The notes under the pieces were generated by a model that made no database searches, was not told where the DNA came from, and was given only the letters and a program-made list of their open reading frames with translations. Positions 40,975-51,514 of a stretch of 64,000 bases of DNA are shown here, piece by piece. How positions within the stretch are numbered: the stretch's first letter is position 1; every line of letters begins with the position of its first letter. Source of the stretch: Caldimonas sp. (lineage in GTDB: Bacteria; Pseudomonadota; Gammaproteobacteria; Burkholderiales; Burkholderiaceae_C); assembly GCA_036263655.1 (NCBI GenBank), contig DATAGP010000005.1:288-64287 (forward strand), read 5' to 3'. The translations under genes and the position numbers were made by a program.

Positions 40975-42373
40975 CCGGCGGCGGCCGCGCGATCGGCCGC
41001 GCGCTCTCGTAGGCGCGGGCGGCCCGAAGCACGAGCGCGTCGCCGAACATCGGGCCGACGAGCTGCAGGCCGATCGGCAGGCCCGCCCGCGTCAGCCCGC
41101 ACGGGATCGTGCACGCCGGCTGCTGCGTCAGGTTGAAGGGATAGCTGAACGGCGTCCAGCCGAGCATCGCCCGCGGGTCCATCGGCGAGTGGCCGGCGGG
41201 CCGCGCGTCGAACGCAGGCACGGCGACCGCCGGCGTGGCGAGCAGGTCGAAGCGCTGCATGAACTGGCGCATGTGCGAGCCGAGCGCGCCGCGGCGCAGC
41301 GCCAGCCGCTGGAGGTCGAGCGCGCTGTAGGCGGCGCCGAGCTCGGCCTCGGCACGAAAGTCCGGGTCGGTGAGCTCCTGCTGCGCCGGCGTGAGGCCGG
41401 ACCAGATCGCGTGCACGCCCGCGAACCACCAGCCGGTCATGATGTCCAGCGGGTCGTCGAAGCCGGGATCGACGGGCTCGACATGGGCGCCGAGCGCCTC
41501 GAGATCGGCGACCGCCGCGGCGACGGCTGCGGCCACCTCGGCGTCGACGGTCGCGTAGCCGAGCGTCGGCGAGAACGCGATGGTGAGGCCGCGCACGCCA
41601 TCGCCGAGGCCGACGGTGTAGTCGCTCGGGTCGGGCGGCAGCGACGTCCAGTCGCGCGCGTCCGGCCGCTTCAGCACGTTCATCAGCAGCGCCGCATCGG
41701 CGACGCTCATCGTGTGCGGGCCGAGGTGGGCCACGGTTCCCATCGGCGACAGCGGATACGCCGGGACGCGGCCGAAGCTCGGCTTCAGGCCGAAGTTGCC
41801 GCAGAACGCGGCCGGGATGCGGACGCTGCCGGCGCCGTCGGTGCCGACCGAGAGCGGCCCCATTCCCGCCGCGACCGCGGCGGCGGTGCCGCCCGACGAT
41901 CCACCGGGCGTCTTCGCCGGATTCCAGGGGTTGCGGGTGATGCCGGTGAGCGGCGAATTGGTCTCGCCCTTGCAGCCGAACTCGGGCGTCGTCGTCTTGC
42001 CGAGGATGACCGCGCCGGCCTCGCGCAGCCGCGCGGTCACAGGCGCGTCGACGTCCCACGGGCCCGCCGGGTCGACGGTGCGCGAGCCGCGCAGCGTCGG
42101 CCAGCCGGCGGCGAGGATCAGGTCCTTGATCGAGGCGGGGACGCCGTCGAGCTCGCCGCAGGGAGCGCGCTTCCGCCAGCGCGACTCGCTGGCCCGCGCC
42201 GACGCGAGCGCCTCGTCGCCGGCGACGTGGCAGAACGCGTTCAGCACCGGGTCGAGCCGCGCGATGCGATCGAGCACCGCGCGCGTGGCCTCGACCGGCG
42301 AGGCGTCGCCGGCGCGGTACAGGGCCAGGAGCGTCGTCGCAGTGCAGTCGGCGAGGTCGGCGGGGGTGTCCAT
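40961..42373 (-). CDS. Amidase signature family protein
   Basis: SIKD, GKTTTPEF, GGSSGG, GTDGAGSVRIPA. Confidence 0.93.
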   Translation of the reverse strand: MDTPADLADCTATTLLALYRAGDASPVEATRAVLDRIARLDPVLNAFCHVAGDEALASARASESRWRKRAPCGELDGVPASIKDLILAAGWPTLRGSRTVDPAGPWDVDAPVTARLREAGAVILGKTTTPEFGCKGETNSPLTGITRNPWNPAKTPGGSSGGTAAAVAAGMGPLSVGTDGAGSVRIPAAFCGNFGLKPSFGRVPAYPLSPMGTVAHLGPHTMSVADAALLMNVLKRPDARDWTSLPPDPSDYTVGLGDGVRGLTIAFSPTLGYATVDAEVAAAVAAAVADLEALGAHVEPVDPGFDDPLDIMTGWWFAGVHAIWSGLTPAQQELTDPDFRAEAELGAAYSALDLQRLALRRGALGSHMRQFMQRFDLLATPAVAVPAFDARPAGHSPMDPRAMLGWTPFSYPFNLTQQPACTIPCGLTRAGLPIGLQLVGPMFGDALVLRAARAYESARPIARPPPVTTT

Positions 42374-42523
42374 GGCGATCGATCCTTCCGCCGCAGGCAA
42401 GGAGCGGCCGCGACCATTGTCGAAGATCGCGCGGGCCTCCGGCGGCGCCTCCTGCGACGAGTCGTGAGACGTGCCCCCCGCACGAACGCGGCGCGCCCGG
42501 TGTCCGCCGACGGGCGGATGTCC

Positions 42524-42900
42524 TCAGGACGCGGCGGCGAGCAGCGCCGCGAACGCGGCGTCCAACCGGCGCGCGTTGCCGCGCCGGACCTCGAACACCG
42601 GCATCAGCGTCGCCGCGACCGTCGCTGCAGCTCGAACTCGGCGCCGGGGCGCGCGGCAGTGAAGCTACGCAGGTCCATCACGATCGCGTCGGCGCGGTCG
42701 ATCAGCGCGACCACGGTCGCCTGCCAGGTGTCGTCGCGGCAGCAGAACTCGTTGATGCGGTAGCGGCCGTCGCGGTCGGGCTCGACGTCGAGCGTCGCCA
42801 GCCGCCGCAGCAGCTCGTCGCCCGAGGTCACGAAGCCGTCGCCGATGCGGCCGGTCGCGAAGCGCAGCAGGTCGCCGGGATCGACGACGGTGGCGGCCGG
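42524..42900 (-). pseudogene. Truncated, frameshifted remnant of a larger gene
   Basis: Protein-like stretch DRDGRYRINEFCCRDDTWQ...IVMDLRSF...GAEFEL with no credible start; continues in another frame (VFEVRRGNARRLDAAFAALLAAAS*). Boundaries approximate. Confidence 0.45.
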
Positions 42901-43090
42901 CGACGCCGTGGCAGGCGCCTCCGCACCGCGCTGACCGCGGGGTGACGTCATGCGCGGCGTCATGGCAACTCCGACCTGCCGATTCCGCCTTCCTGCCCGA
43001 GCCCACGACCGTGCGGTGCATCGACAATGGCGAGGCGATCGCCGAACGCGCAACCCACGAGCGCGGCTCGTGATCGAACGGAGCGACACC

Positions 43091-43297
43091 ATGACCGAGC
43101 ATGTCTACAAGCTTCTGGAGCTCACCGGCTCCTCGTCCGTGAGCAGCGACGACGCCGTCCGCACGGCCATCGCCAAGGCGCACCAGACGGTGCGCAACAT
43201 CCACTGGTTCACGGTCACCGAGACCCGCGGCCATGTGGTGAACGGCGAGGTCGCCCACTGGCAGGTCACGCTGAAGATCGGCTTCACGCTGGAGTGA
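43091..43297 (+). CDS. Dodecin (flavin-binding)
   Basis: 68 aa, HVYKLLELTGSS...WF...RG...WQVTLKIGFTLE. Confidence 0.93.
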   Translation: MTEHVYKLLELTGSSSVSSDDAVRTAIAKAHQTVRNIHWFTVTETRGHVVNGEVAHWQVTLKIGFTLE

Positions 43298-43365
43298 CGA
43301 TCGCCCCGGGGAGGGCGTGCCGTGTGACGACGTCGGCGCAGGCGCGCCGGCCAGGAGATGTCTGC

Positions 43366-43983
43366 ATGGACGACGAGCAGCAGCATCGAGCCGAGCAGAT
43401 CCTGAACGTCGCCCTCGTGCTGGGCGAACGCGACGGCTGGGATGCCGTGCATCTGCACGACGTCGCGCAGCACATGGGCATCGCGCTCGCGGAGATCCAG
43501 TTGCACTACCGGCAGAAGGACGACCTGGCTGAAGCGTGGTTCGACCGCGCCGACGCGGCGCTGGTCCGGGCGGGGGAGGCTGCGGGCTGGGTCGGCCTGC
43601 CGATGCGCGAGCGCCTCCTGAAGACGATGCTCGCCTGGTTCGACGCGCTCGCCGCGCATCGCGCGCTGTCGATCGAGATGCTGCGCTACAAGCTGCAGCC
43701 GGACCACCTGCATCTGCAGGCCGCCGGGCTGATGCGGATCAGCCGAACCGTGCAATGGATCCGGGAAACAGCCCGGCTGCCGGCGGTGGGCGGGCGGCGC
43801 GAGCTCGAGGAGATCGTGCTCACGGGCATCTTCCTGGGCGCCGTGGGGCGCTGGCTCCTGGATCGGTCGCCCGACGCGCGCCGCACGCGAGCCTGGCTGG
43901 AGCGCCGGCTGGCCTGGGCCGAGCGAATGGCCTTGCGCTTTCCCGACCGGCTCGCCACGTGGACGCCTTCACGCATGCCCTGA
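43366..43983 (+). CDS. TetR/COQ9-like HTH protein
   Basis: GWDAVHLHDVAQHMGI...HYRQKDDL, RISRTVQW. Confidence 0.75.
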   Translation: MDDEQQHRAEQILNVALVLGERDGWDAVHLHDVAQHMGIALAEIQLHYRQKDDLAEAWFDRADAALVRAGEAAGWVGLPMRERLLKTMLAWFDALAAHRALSIEMLRYKLQPDHLHLQAAGLMRISRTVQWIRETARLPAVGGRRELEEIVLTGIFLGAVGRWLLDRSPDARRTRAWLERRLAWAERMALRFPDRLATWTPSRMP

Positions 43984-45038
43984 TGGGCGCGCATGCGGCG
44001 CATCTCGGCACGCGCCCGGATGCACGACTGTCGCCGCGTACGCGCTTGCTGCTCGGCGGCGTCGCGGCTGCCTTTCCGGACGTCGACTTCATCGGCTTCC
44101 TCGTCGATCCGCTGCGCTTCCTCGCCTACTGGCATCAGGGCCCGACGCACTCGCTGCTGCTCCTGCCGCTCTGGGCCCTGCTGATCGCTGCCGCGTACTG
44201 CGCCGCGACGCGGCGCTGGCGGGCGTTCGGCGAAGCGGTCGCGGTCTGCGGCGCCGGGCTCGCCACGCACCTGGTGCTCGACCTCCTGACGGTGTACGGC
44301 ACGCAGCTACTCTATCCACTGTCGAGCACGCGCGTCAGCCTCAGGACCACCTTCGTCATCGACCCCCTGTTCACCGCGGTGATCGCCATCAGCCTGGCGG
44401 CCGCCCTGCACCGCGGCGATCGGCGCATCGCCGCCGCCGGCTTGCTCCTCCTCGTCGCGTACGTGGGCGGGCAGTGGCTGCTTCGACTGCAGGCGCTGCG
44501 GGTCGCCGGCGAGGCGGCCCGCGCCCAGATCATCGAGCCCGGTCCGGTGGCTGCCCTGCCGCAGCCCTTCTCGCCCTTCAACTGGAAGCTGGTCGCGACG
44601 CAGGCGAGCGGCTTGCGGGTCGCCCATCTCAACCTCATCGGCCATCCGGCGCTGGTGCCGCGGCTCCCGGGCCTCGCGAGCCTGCATGCGATCGCGCAAG
44701 CGTACGAGCCGCCGGACCGGCTGGCCTGGGAACGCCGCAGCTTGTTCGGCGACGAGCCGCAGCTGCGAACGCTGGCCGAGTCGCTCTGGCGCAGGCCGGA
44801 CTTCGCCGCCTTCCGGCACTTCGCCGTCTATCCGGCACTCTCCCGCATCGACGATGGCGATGGCCGCCGCTGCGTCTGGTTCACCGACCTGCGCTACGAC
44901 CTGCCCGCCCTGCCCGACACCTTCCGCTACGGGCATTGCCAAGTCCCGCCGGGTGCACCGTGGCGGCTGTTTCGGCTGCGCTACTTCACCGAGCACGGGC
45001 TGGAGCCGCTGACGAGGTCCGGCAGCGCCAAGCCCTAG
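43959..45038 (+). CDS. YdjM-like membrane-bound metal-dependent hydrolase
   Basis: VDAFTHALMG, PDVD, HQGPTHS, THLVLD, YGTQLLYP. Confidence 0.88.
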   Translation: MDAFTHALMGAHAAHLGTRPDARLSPRTRLLLGGVAAAFPDVDFIGFLVDPLRFLAYWHQGPTHSLLLLPLWALLIAAAYCAATRRWRAFGEAVAVCGAGLATHLVLDLLTVYGTQLLYPLSSTRVSLRTTFVIDPLFTAVIAISLAAALHRGDRRIAAAGLLLLVAYVGGQWLLRLQALRVAGEAARAQIIEPGPVAALPQPFSPFNWKLVATQASGLRVAHLNLIGHPALVPRLPGLASLHAIAQAYEPPDRLAWERRSLFGDEPQLRTLAESLWRRPDFAAFRHFAVYPALSRIDDGDGRRCVWFTDLRYDLPALPDTFRYGHCQVPPGAPWRLFRLRYFTEHGLEPLTRSGSAKP

Positions 45039-45073
45039 AGCGCCCTGGCAGTTCAGCTTCGAGCCGGTGGCGG

Positions 45074-45607
45074 TTACCCCGCCTTGTGCGGCTTGACGTC
45101 AGCTCCGCTCATGCGATAGCACGCGGCGCCGAGGTCGGAATCGGAACGCACGACCTTCATCGTCCCGGCGACCCAGACGGCGCTCGTGTTGCGCACTTCC
45201 GGGCTGACCGGTTCCGCCGGCGTCACGTGGACGACCTGGTTGGCGGGTGGGGCCGGCGAATGCAGGCACGCCCCGTAATAGGGCACGAGGAGGAACTCGC
45301 TGACGTGGCGCTGCTTGACGAACTGCAACGGGACCATGTAGCCGCCCAGGCGCAGCCGACGATCGTGGACATCGGGATTGGGAGGCGCGTTGTCGAGCAG
45401 CGCGCGCACCTTGCGCAGGATCTCCTCTGCCTGCGGATCGTTGTCGTCGATGCGATCCAGGCGCAGCGGGCCCAGCACCGCCTGCGTGTTCCATCCGGGT
45501 GGCAGCAGGGCGGGCCAGGACGTGGTCTCGTAGCCTTGCGCATCGCTGGCCGCCCTGGCGGCGCCAGCGGCCGCAAGGAGCCAGACGAGCGCTTGTCGGC
45601 GACGCAT
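45074..45607 (-). CDS. DUF3299 family exported protein
   Basis: RRR signal; GYMVPL; EFLLVPYYGACLHSPAPPANQ. Confidence 0.85.
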   Translation of the reverse strand: MRRRQALVWLLAAAGAARAASDAQGYETTSWPALLPPGWNTQAVLGPLRLDRIDDNDPQAEEILRKVRALLDNAPPNPDVHDRRLRLGGYMVPLQFVKQRHVSEFLLVPYYGACLHSPAPPANQVVHVTPAEPVSPEVRNTSAVWVAGTMKVVRSDSDLGAACYRMSGADVKPHKAG

Positions 45608-45611
45608 GCTT

Positions 45612-46754
45612 CTAGAGCACGCCCGTCGCTCTCAGCTTCGCCGACTTGGCGCAGAGCTCCACGACGGCGAAGTAGTTGAGCACCTCGCGCTGGCCGACCT
45701 CGTACGGGTTGGGCACGTCCCTCAGCAAACGGTTGGGAACGTCGGGAACGTTCGCGTCGTTGCGAGGGTTGCCCTGGCGGTTGCCTCGGCGATTGTTCTG
45801 TCCGCCTTGATCGTCCTCCCTGAGGACCCGGATCATCGCCGCCGTGTTCGCCCTGAAGTAGGCATTGTCGAACTCGGTGTGGTTCGACATCAGCGCGGTG
45901 GCTCCAAAAGCCGCCGCCCTCTGCGCGAACTTCTGCGCCGATTGGATGTACTGATCGTAGAACGCGGGCATGGGGTTGGTGAACGAGATCGCGGTGCCGC
46001 CGACGTAGGCCACGCGGATCGGCTGGCCACGGTCCCTGAACTCGAACAGGAACGACAGCGTGCCCGGCGTGTGCCCCGGCATGGTGACGATCTGCACCGA
46101 GACGTCGCCGACCCGGATGACGCGCCCGTCCGTGCCGTCGTTCTGCGGCCCGAAGCGGGTCGCGTGCGGTACGGTGCGCGCCAGCACGCTCGGCCAGTCG
46201 CCCTCGCCGTAGACGATCGTGGCGTTCGGGAAGGCGGCCTCGGTCAGGTGTGCGCCGCCGTCGTGGTCGCCGTGGGCGTGCGAATAGATGGAGTAGCGGA
46301 CCTTTTGCGGATCGAGGCCCAGGAAGCGCAAGCCCCTGTGGATCTCGTCCTCGGTCGCGTATTCGAAATTGCCGTCGAGGACGATGATGTCGCCGTTGCG
46401 CGCGACCAGCGCGAAGCTGCTGTGGTTCCGTGTCCCGAGGAAGTAGAGGTTGTCGCCGATCTGCGCCGGCGGCGAATACCAGTTCTCCCGAGGCGGGGTG
46501 CCGCCGGGGGGCGTCGGCAGATCTCCGCTCGGATAGTTCGCCGGGTTGTACGTGGGCAGGACCCGATTGGCTGCCGAAATCGTCGGTACGCACAAGCGCG
46601 TGTAGGTGCCCATCCAGTCGGTGCCTGCATAGAACTTGGCCGAGGCCTGCAGGGATTCGACGGTCGGCGCCGTCTGCGCCAGCGCCGGTCCCGATACCGT
46701 GCTCGCCACCATCGCGTAGATCGCACCCCAAACTATCGAACGTCGTGTCTTCAT
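45612..46754 (-). CDS. Secreted metallo-beta-lactamase-fold hydrolase (B3-like motif set)
   Basis: Signal peptide; IGDNLYFLG; HAHGDH; PGHTPG; SNH; AAGGAG RBS. Confidence 0.85.
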   Translation of the reverse strand: MKTRRSIVWGAIYAMVASTVSGPALAQTAPTVESLQASAKFYAGTDWMGTYTRLCVPTISAANRVLPTYNPANYPSGDLPTPPGGTPPRENWYSPPAQIGDNLYFLGTRNHSSFALVARNGDIIVLDGNFEYATEDEIHRGLRFLGLDPQKVRYSIYSHAHGDHDGGAHLTEAAFPNATIVYGEGDWPSVLARTVPHATRFGPQNDGTDGRVIRVGDVSVQIVTMPGHTPGTLSFLFEFRDRGQPIRVAYVGGTAISFTNPMPAFYDQYIQSAQKFAQRAAAFGATALMSNHTEFDNAYFRANTAAMIRVLREDDQGGQNNRRGNRQGNPRNDANVPDVPNRLLRDVPNPYEVGQREVLNYFAVVELCAKSAKLRATGVL

Positions 46755-46910
46755 GCTTGTCTCCTTTGGTCTCATACGGAATTCGAGTTGCACCATCAAC
46801 GGAGTGGCGATGGCTGCCCACCGCTCTGCGTCGCCCTCGAAGCCGGATGATCGGAAAGAGCAGCCGGTGACACCATTGAAATCATGTGATCGCAGCGATA
46901 AAACACCGTC

Positions 46911-47846
46911 ATGGACCTGAATCTTCGCAACGCACGTGCCTTCGTGGTGGTGGCCCGTCACGGCAGCTTCACCAAGGCAGCGGCGTTGCTGCACCTGTCG
47001 CAGCCCGCGCTCACCGTGCAGATCCGCAACTTCGAGAGCGCGCTCAAGGTCAAGGTGCTCGATCGAAGCAGCCGCTCCGTCGAGCTGACGCAGACGGGAC
47101 GCGAACTGCTGCCGACGCTCGAGAGGATGCTGCACGAGTTCGACACGATCGTCGCTGACACCCACGCCACGAGCGCCGGGCGCAGAGGCACCGTGCGGAT
47201 CGCCGCGTTGCCTTCCTTCGCGTCGGGCCTGCTCCCCGACGTCATACGCGCCGTGCGCGAGACCGAGCCGGGGCTCGGCTTCGTCGTGCGCGACGCCGTC
47301 GCGAGCCGCGTCATCGACCTCGTCGTCGAGGAAGAGGTGGACCTCGGCCTGACCGGCGGCGAGATGCCCACCGACCAGGTCGAGGTGCTGCACCGGTGCG
47401 AGGATCGGCTCTGCGTCGTCTTCCCGCGCGATCACGCCTTCGCGCGGCTCCGCACCGTCAAGTTCGAGGATCTCGTCGGTGTCCCCATGGTGCTGACCGA
47501 CCATGCGACGAGCCTTCGCGCCGTCGTCGAAAGTGCCTTTTCTCGCGCCCGCTTGCGCCCTGTGGTCGTCTGTGAGACGACACACATGCTGACGGCAGCG
47601 GCGATGGTCGCAAGCGGGCTAGGCGTCGCGATCCTGCCGGGGTCGGCGCGCGAACGCGAGGCGATGCCGGGCCTGGCCTCCCGGTCGATCGACGATGAGG
47701 CGTTCGTCCGCCCGCTGGCGCTCGTGAAGAAGGCGCGGCGGACCTTGTCGGCCGCCTGCGATTCATTCGCGCAAGCCTGCATCGCCGGCCTCGAGCGGAG
47801 TGCGTCGGCACCGGCCGCGAAGCCGGCGCGAAAGAGCAAGCACTGA
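46911..47846 (+). CDS. LysR family regulator
   Basis: SFTKAAALLHLSQPALT; upstream TGAT-N7-ATAA dyad at 46887-46901. Confidence 0.93.
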   Translation: MDLNLRNARAFVVVARHGSFTKAAALLHLSQPALTVQIRNFESALKVKVLDRSSRSVELTQTGRELLPTLERMLHEFDTIVADTHATSAGRRGTVRIAALPSFASGLLPDVIRAVRETEPGLGFVVRDAVASRVIDLVVEEEVDLGLTGGEMPTDQVEVLHRCEDRLCVVFPRDHAFARLRTVKFEDLVGVPMVLTDHATSLRAVVESAFSRARLRPVVVCETTHMLTAAAMVASGLGVAILPGSAREREAMPGLASRSIDDEAFVRPLALVKKARRTLSAACDSFAQACIAGLERSASAPAAKPARKSKH

Positions 47847-47894
47847 GGAGCGGCTCGCCCGCACCCGCTGGACATCCGAGCGGTCGGCCGCCGT

Positions 47895-49562
47895 CTAGCG
47901 GCCGTCGAGAGACCTCGGCACCCGAACCACGTTCGCGTCGTGCATCACCTTCCCGCCGATGAGTGTCAGAACCGACTGGATCCGCGGGATCTGGGCGTCC
48001 GGCACCGAGAAGAAGTCGCGGTCGAGAACGACGAGATCGGCATGGTTGCCCTTCTCGATCGAGCCGATGTCGTCCTCCCAGATGAACCACTTGTTCGCAG
48101 CGGTCGCCAGCCGCATCGTCTCCTGACGGGTCAGCCTCTGCCCCTCGTTCACCAGGTCACCACGCAGGTTCCTGCCCGTGATCATGGTGTAGAAGTTGAG
48201 CCATGGGTTGATGACGGTGATGTCGCCGCCGTCGGAGTGGTAGCCCAGCGGAATGCCGTTGTCGTAGAGCATGCGGTACGGCGGCCCGACCGGCGGCGCG
48301 TTGGCGGCGCGCGTGCGTGTCGGCCCCCACCCGACCAGCAGGCCACCGCCCAGCGCCTTGAAGCGGTTCACCAGATCCTCGGTGACTTGCGGCACGTGCG
48401 AGATGATCCAGCGCAGCCCGTTGATCGGGATCTCGGCGTTGACGATCTCGCGGTCCATCACCAGATTGTTGAAAGACGTGAGGTTCAGCGAATGGTCCTC
48501 GGCACGCCAGCCCTCCGCGGCGATGGCGCGCAGACCGAATACGCCGCCGCCGGTGAACTCACCGATTCCGCCGGTCTTCAACCAGTCGTTGCCGAAGAAC
48601 GGGAACGAATTCCTCAGCCGCTCGGCCAGCGTCGGAATGGCGGGATCGTTGGCCGGGTCCTGGTGCAGGAAGTCGATGCGCAAGCGTGCGGGCAGCGCCT
48701 TTTCCCGGTCCAGCGCGAGGAACGGCCGGTGCATCGTGTAGACGTTCTCGGTTGCGATGCCGCCGGCCGGCAGTGCCGAGTGGAAGGCACCGGCGTCCTT
48801 GTGCGTCGTGATGCCGAGAGTGGTGAAGTACTGCAGGGCCTCCGCAGCAGTGCGCTTCCTCGACTCGGGCGTCAGCAGCCGCTCGCGCAGCAGGCGCAGC
48901 GCCAGGGTCGTTCCCGACGCGCCGCCCGGAATGCTGCCGTCGGCAGCGACGGTGACGCCCGCGAACTGCAGCCAGGTCCTGCCCGCGCTGTTGGTGCTCG
49001 CGCCGCCCTGGGCCGCCTGGATGTAGACCGGGTGGCCGATCGCGTCGAGCTCGCTGAGGTTCGGCAACCGCTGCTCGGCAAACTGCATCGCCGATATCGG
49101 TCCGATGGTGGTGATGAATCCGCCGCGCGGCACCGTCGCCGCATACGCCTGGTACGCCGCGATCGCGTCCGGAATCGTGAAGACGTGCTCCATCGACACG
49201 TGGTATCCGGGCCGGTTGCCCACCAGCACGATGTGGTTGTGCGCGTCGATGATTCCGGGAATCACGGTGCGTCCACCGACATCGATGACCTTCGGCTTGT
49301 CGCTGCGATCGACGCGGCGGCCCACCTCGACGAAGCGGCCGTTCTTGATCAGCACCTCGTCGACGACGCGGTTCGTCGCGTCCATCGTGTGGATCCGGCC
49401 GTTGGTGATCACCAGCGCCTCGCCTTTGTCCCCTCGACCGTCCCTCCGGTCGCCGCGCCGACCGTCGTCGGCCGAGGTCGACAGCCCGAACGAGACCGCT
49501 CCTGCGCCGACGAGCGTTGCGGCGAATACGGCCCTCAGGTTCCGCCAGGTCGAGACTCTCAT
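47895..49562 (-). CDS. Secreted amidohydrolase_3 (YtcJ-like)
   Basis: Signal peptide; NGRIHTMD; PGIIDAHNH; GSIEKGNHADLVVLDRD; TLIGGK. Confidence 0.88.
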   Translation of the reverse strand: MRVSTWRNLRAVFAATLVGAGAVSFGLSTSADDGRRGDRRDGRGDKGEALVITNGRIHTMDATNRVVDEVLIKNGRFVEVGRRVDRSDKPKVIDVGGRTVIPGIIDAHNHIVLVGNRPGYHVSMEHVFTIPDAIAAYQAYAATVPRGGFITTIGPISAMQFAEQRLPNLSELDAIGHPVYIQAAQGGASTNSAGRTWLQFAGVTVAADGSIPGGASGTTLALRLLRERLLTPESRKRTAAEALQYFTTLGITTHKDAGAFHSALPAGGIATENVYTMHRPFLALDREKALPARLRIDFLHQDPANDPAIPTLAERLRNSFPFFGNDWLKTGGIGEFTGGGVFGLRAIAAEGWRAEDHSLNLTSFNNLVMDREIVNAEIPINGLRWIISHVPQVTEDLVNRFKALGGGLLVGWGPTRTRAANAPPVGPPYRMLYDNGIPLGYHSDGGDITVINPWLNFYTMITGRNLRGDLVNEGQRLTRQETMRLATAANKWFIWEDDIGSIEKGNHADLVVLDRDFFSVPDAQIPRIQSVLTLIGGKVMHDANVVRVPRSLDGR

Positions 49563-49599
49563 TCGAAACTCCTTCGATGGGCGAAATCAACAGCCCACG

Positions 49600-50198
49600 T
49601 CACTTTTGCAAGCGGCCCCTGGAACGAGCGACCAAGCCAAGCGCCCCCGCCAGCAGCAGGGCGTAGGTTTCCGGCTCGGGGATCGCGGCAGCCATGAAGT
49701 CGAACTGCGAGATCGTGGCCGTTGCGGAGCCGCCGATGCAGTCGGTGCAGTTGAGGAACCAGCCAAACGACGACGCGGCGGCAAACGTTCGCATGCCGCT
49801 CTGAGCGTTGGCTCCGCCCGGATCCGACAACAGCACGCGGGACGAGTCGACGAGCACGCCGAAGAGGTCGCCGCCCGGGCCCGCGGTATCGGTCGTCAGG
49901 TACGACCAGCTGAACGAATAGATTCCGGGCAAGCTCGCCGTGACCTGGAGCTGGCACGGCCGGGAACCTGGAAAGCGCCACCGGTGCAGCTCGGCACGTC
50001 ACCCGCAGCGTTGCTGCCGGTCAGGACGAGCTGGGCGGTCGTGAACGTCGCGACTCCAAGCGTCGGTGAACCCGCGAGGGTGCCGGTGTGGGCGACCGTC
50101 CAGGTGGCAGGTGCGAGCGGGCCGGTGAAGTCGACTGCCGCTGCCGGCCCGGCCAAGCCCGCAAGAGCAATGGAAGCAATGGTGATCAGCTTCCGCAC
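49600..50198 (-). pseudogene. PEP-CTERM protein split by a 1-nt frameshift near 49958
   Basis: Signal-peptide ORF from 50198 and a second-frame ORF ending IPEPETYALLLAG...RSRGR; one extra base joins ...FQVPG to PCQLQVTA... Confidence 0.75.
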
Positions 50199-50376
50199 AC
50201 TCGTCCCCTGTATCGACGTCGCCGCTCGGTCGTCCGAACGCGCACCTTCGAGACAGATTAGGGGCGAGGCGGCTCACGCGTATCCGGACATTTCAGGAGC
50301 GGCGCACGCACGCTGCTTGCCAACGCTCGCCATGCGCCGCGGCCGCTCACACGCTGCCGGGTGCCGAACGTGCAGC

Positions 50377-51387
50377 TCAGCGGCGCGCCGCCTGGTAGTA
50401 GCGAGGCTCGTAGTAGGCCGAGACCGGCTGCATCTTCTTCGACGGCTTGCCGTACCGTTCGCGCAGCTCGACCACCGTGCGCACACCGGCTTCGTTCAGC
50501 CGGGCCTGGCGCTCGAACCCCGTCGCCGGGTGGAGCAGGATGTCGTAGGCCTGCGACGCGCTTTGCGGCGTCGAGTTCGGCACATTGCGCAGGAAAAGAT
50601 CCAGCGCCGCCTGCCTGTTGCGCGGCTCGTACAGCCAGTCGAGTGCCTCGCGATAGCCGCGGATGTAGCCGGTCACCGCGCCGGCATTCTGCTGGGCCCA
50701 GCTGCGGCGCACGCCGGCGACGAGGCCCTGATAGCTGCCGAGCGTCGCCGACGCGTCCGCCAGCACGCGCTTGCCCTGCGCCTGCGCCAGCACGTCGAAG
50801 GGCGAGATGAGCATCGTTGCGGCATGTCTGCCGGCGAGCAGCTGCTCGAAGCGCTGCATGACGCCGCCGGCAGGCACGGTCTTGTAGTCGCGGTCGAGCA
50901 CCAGTCCGTTGCGCGCCAGGATCTCGAGGAGCACGAACGCATATCCGGTGGTCAGCGAGTCGACCGAGACCTCCTTGCCGCGCAGCTGCGCGATCGTGCC
51001 GATGTCGGGCTGCGCCACGAGCTTCAGAAAACCGCTGTCGCCGCCCATCACGGCGACCAGGTCGGCGCCGTCGACGCCGGGTGCCCCCTGGCCCTCGCGG
51101 TAGGCGATAAGGTTGTCGACGGCCGTCATCGCGATCTCGAAGTCGCCCTTGACGAGGCCGGTCAGCTGGAACGTCGAATTCGGCGTGTTGACGGTCTTCA
51201 CGTCGACGCCGTTGCGGACGAAGAAGCCCTGCGCCTGCGCCGCCCAGAGCGGCCAGTTGAAGCCGCCGGGGAAGACGATCACCTTCAGCTCCTGAGGGGG
51301 GGCGGCGGGCGCCTCTGCCCGAGGCAGCGGTGAGCAGGCGGCCAGCAACGCCGGCACGAGGCCGCAAACGAGTCGGATCAGTTTCAC
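50377..51387 (-). CDS. NMT1/SsuA-like ABC substrate-binding lipoprotein
   Basis: Lipobox LAAC; FPGGFNWP; AQGFF; LRGKEVSVD; no permease gene adjacent. Confidence 0.85.
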   Translation of the reverse strand: MKLIRLVCGLVPALLAACSPLPRAEAPAAPPQELKVIVFPGGFNWPLWAAQAQGFFVRNGVDVKTVNTPNSTFQLTGLVKGDFEIAMTAVDNLIAYREGQGAPGVDGADLVAVMGGDSGFLKLVAQPDIGTIAQLRGKEVSVDSLTTGYAFVLLEILARNGLVLDRDYKTVPAGGVMQRFEQLLAGRHAATMLISPFDVLAQAQGKRVLADASATLGSYQGLVAGVRRSWAQQNAGAVTGYIRGYREALDWLYEPRNRQAALDLFLRNVPNSTPQSASQAYDILLHPATGFERQARLNEAGVRTVVELRERYGKPSKKMQPVSAYYEPRYYQAARR

Positions 51388-51514
51388 GGTGTCTCCACTT
51401 CCATTCACGGTCGAGCATCTCGGCTGCCGAAGGCTACACCGTAGCGAGCGAGCGTAAAGGACGCGCTGCACAATGGCACGCCCCGTGCGCGAACCTCTCG
51501 CCGGAGACAAAAGG

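Noticed and set aside
45612-46754. Confirmed antibiotic-resistance beta-lactamase
   Set aside because: Fold motifs alone do not establish activity.
49940-49970. Programmed ribosomal frameshift in the PEP-CTERM gene
   Set aside because: No slippery sequence; an indel is the simpler explanation.
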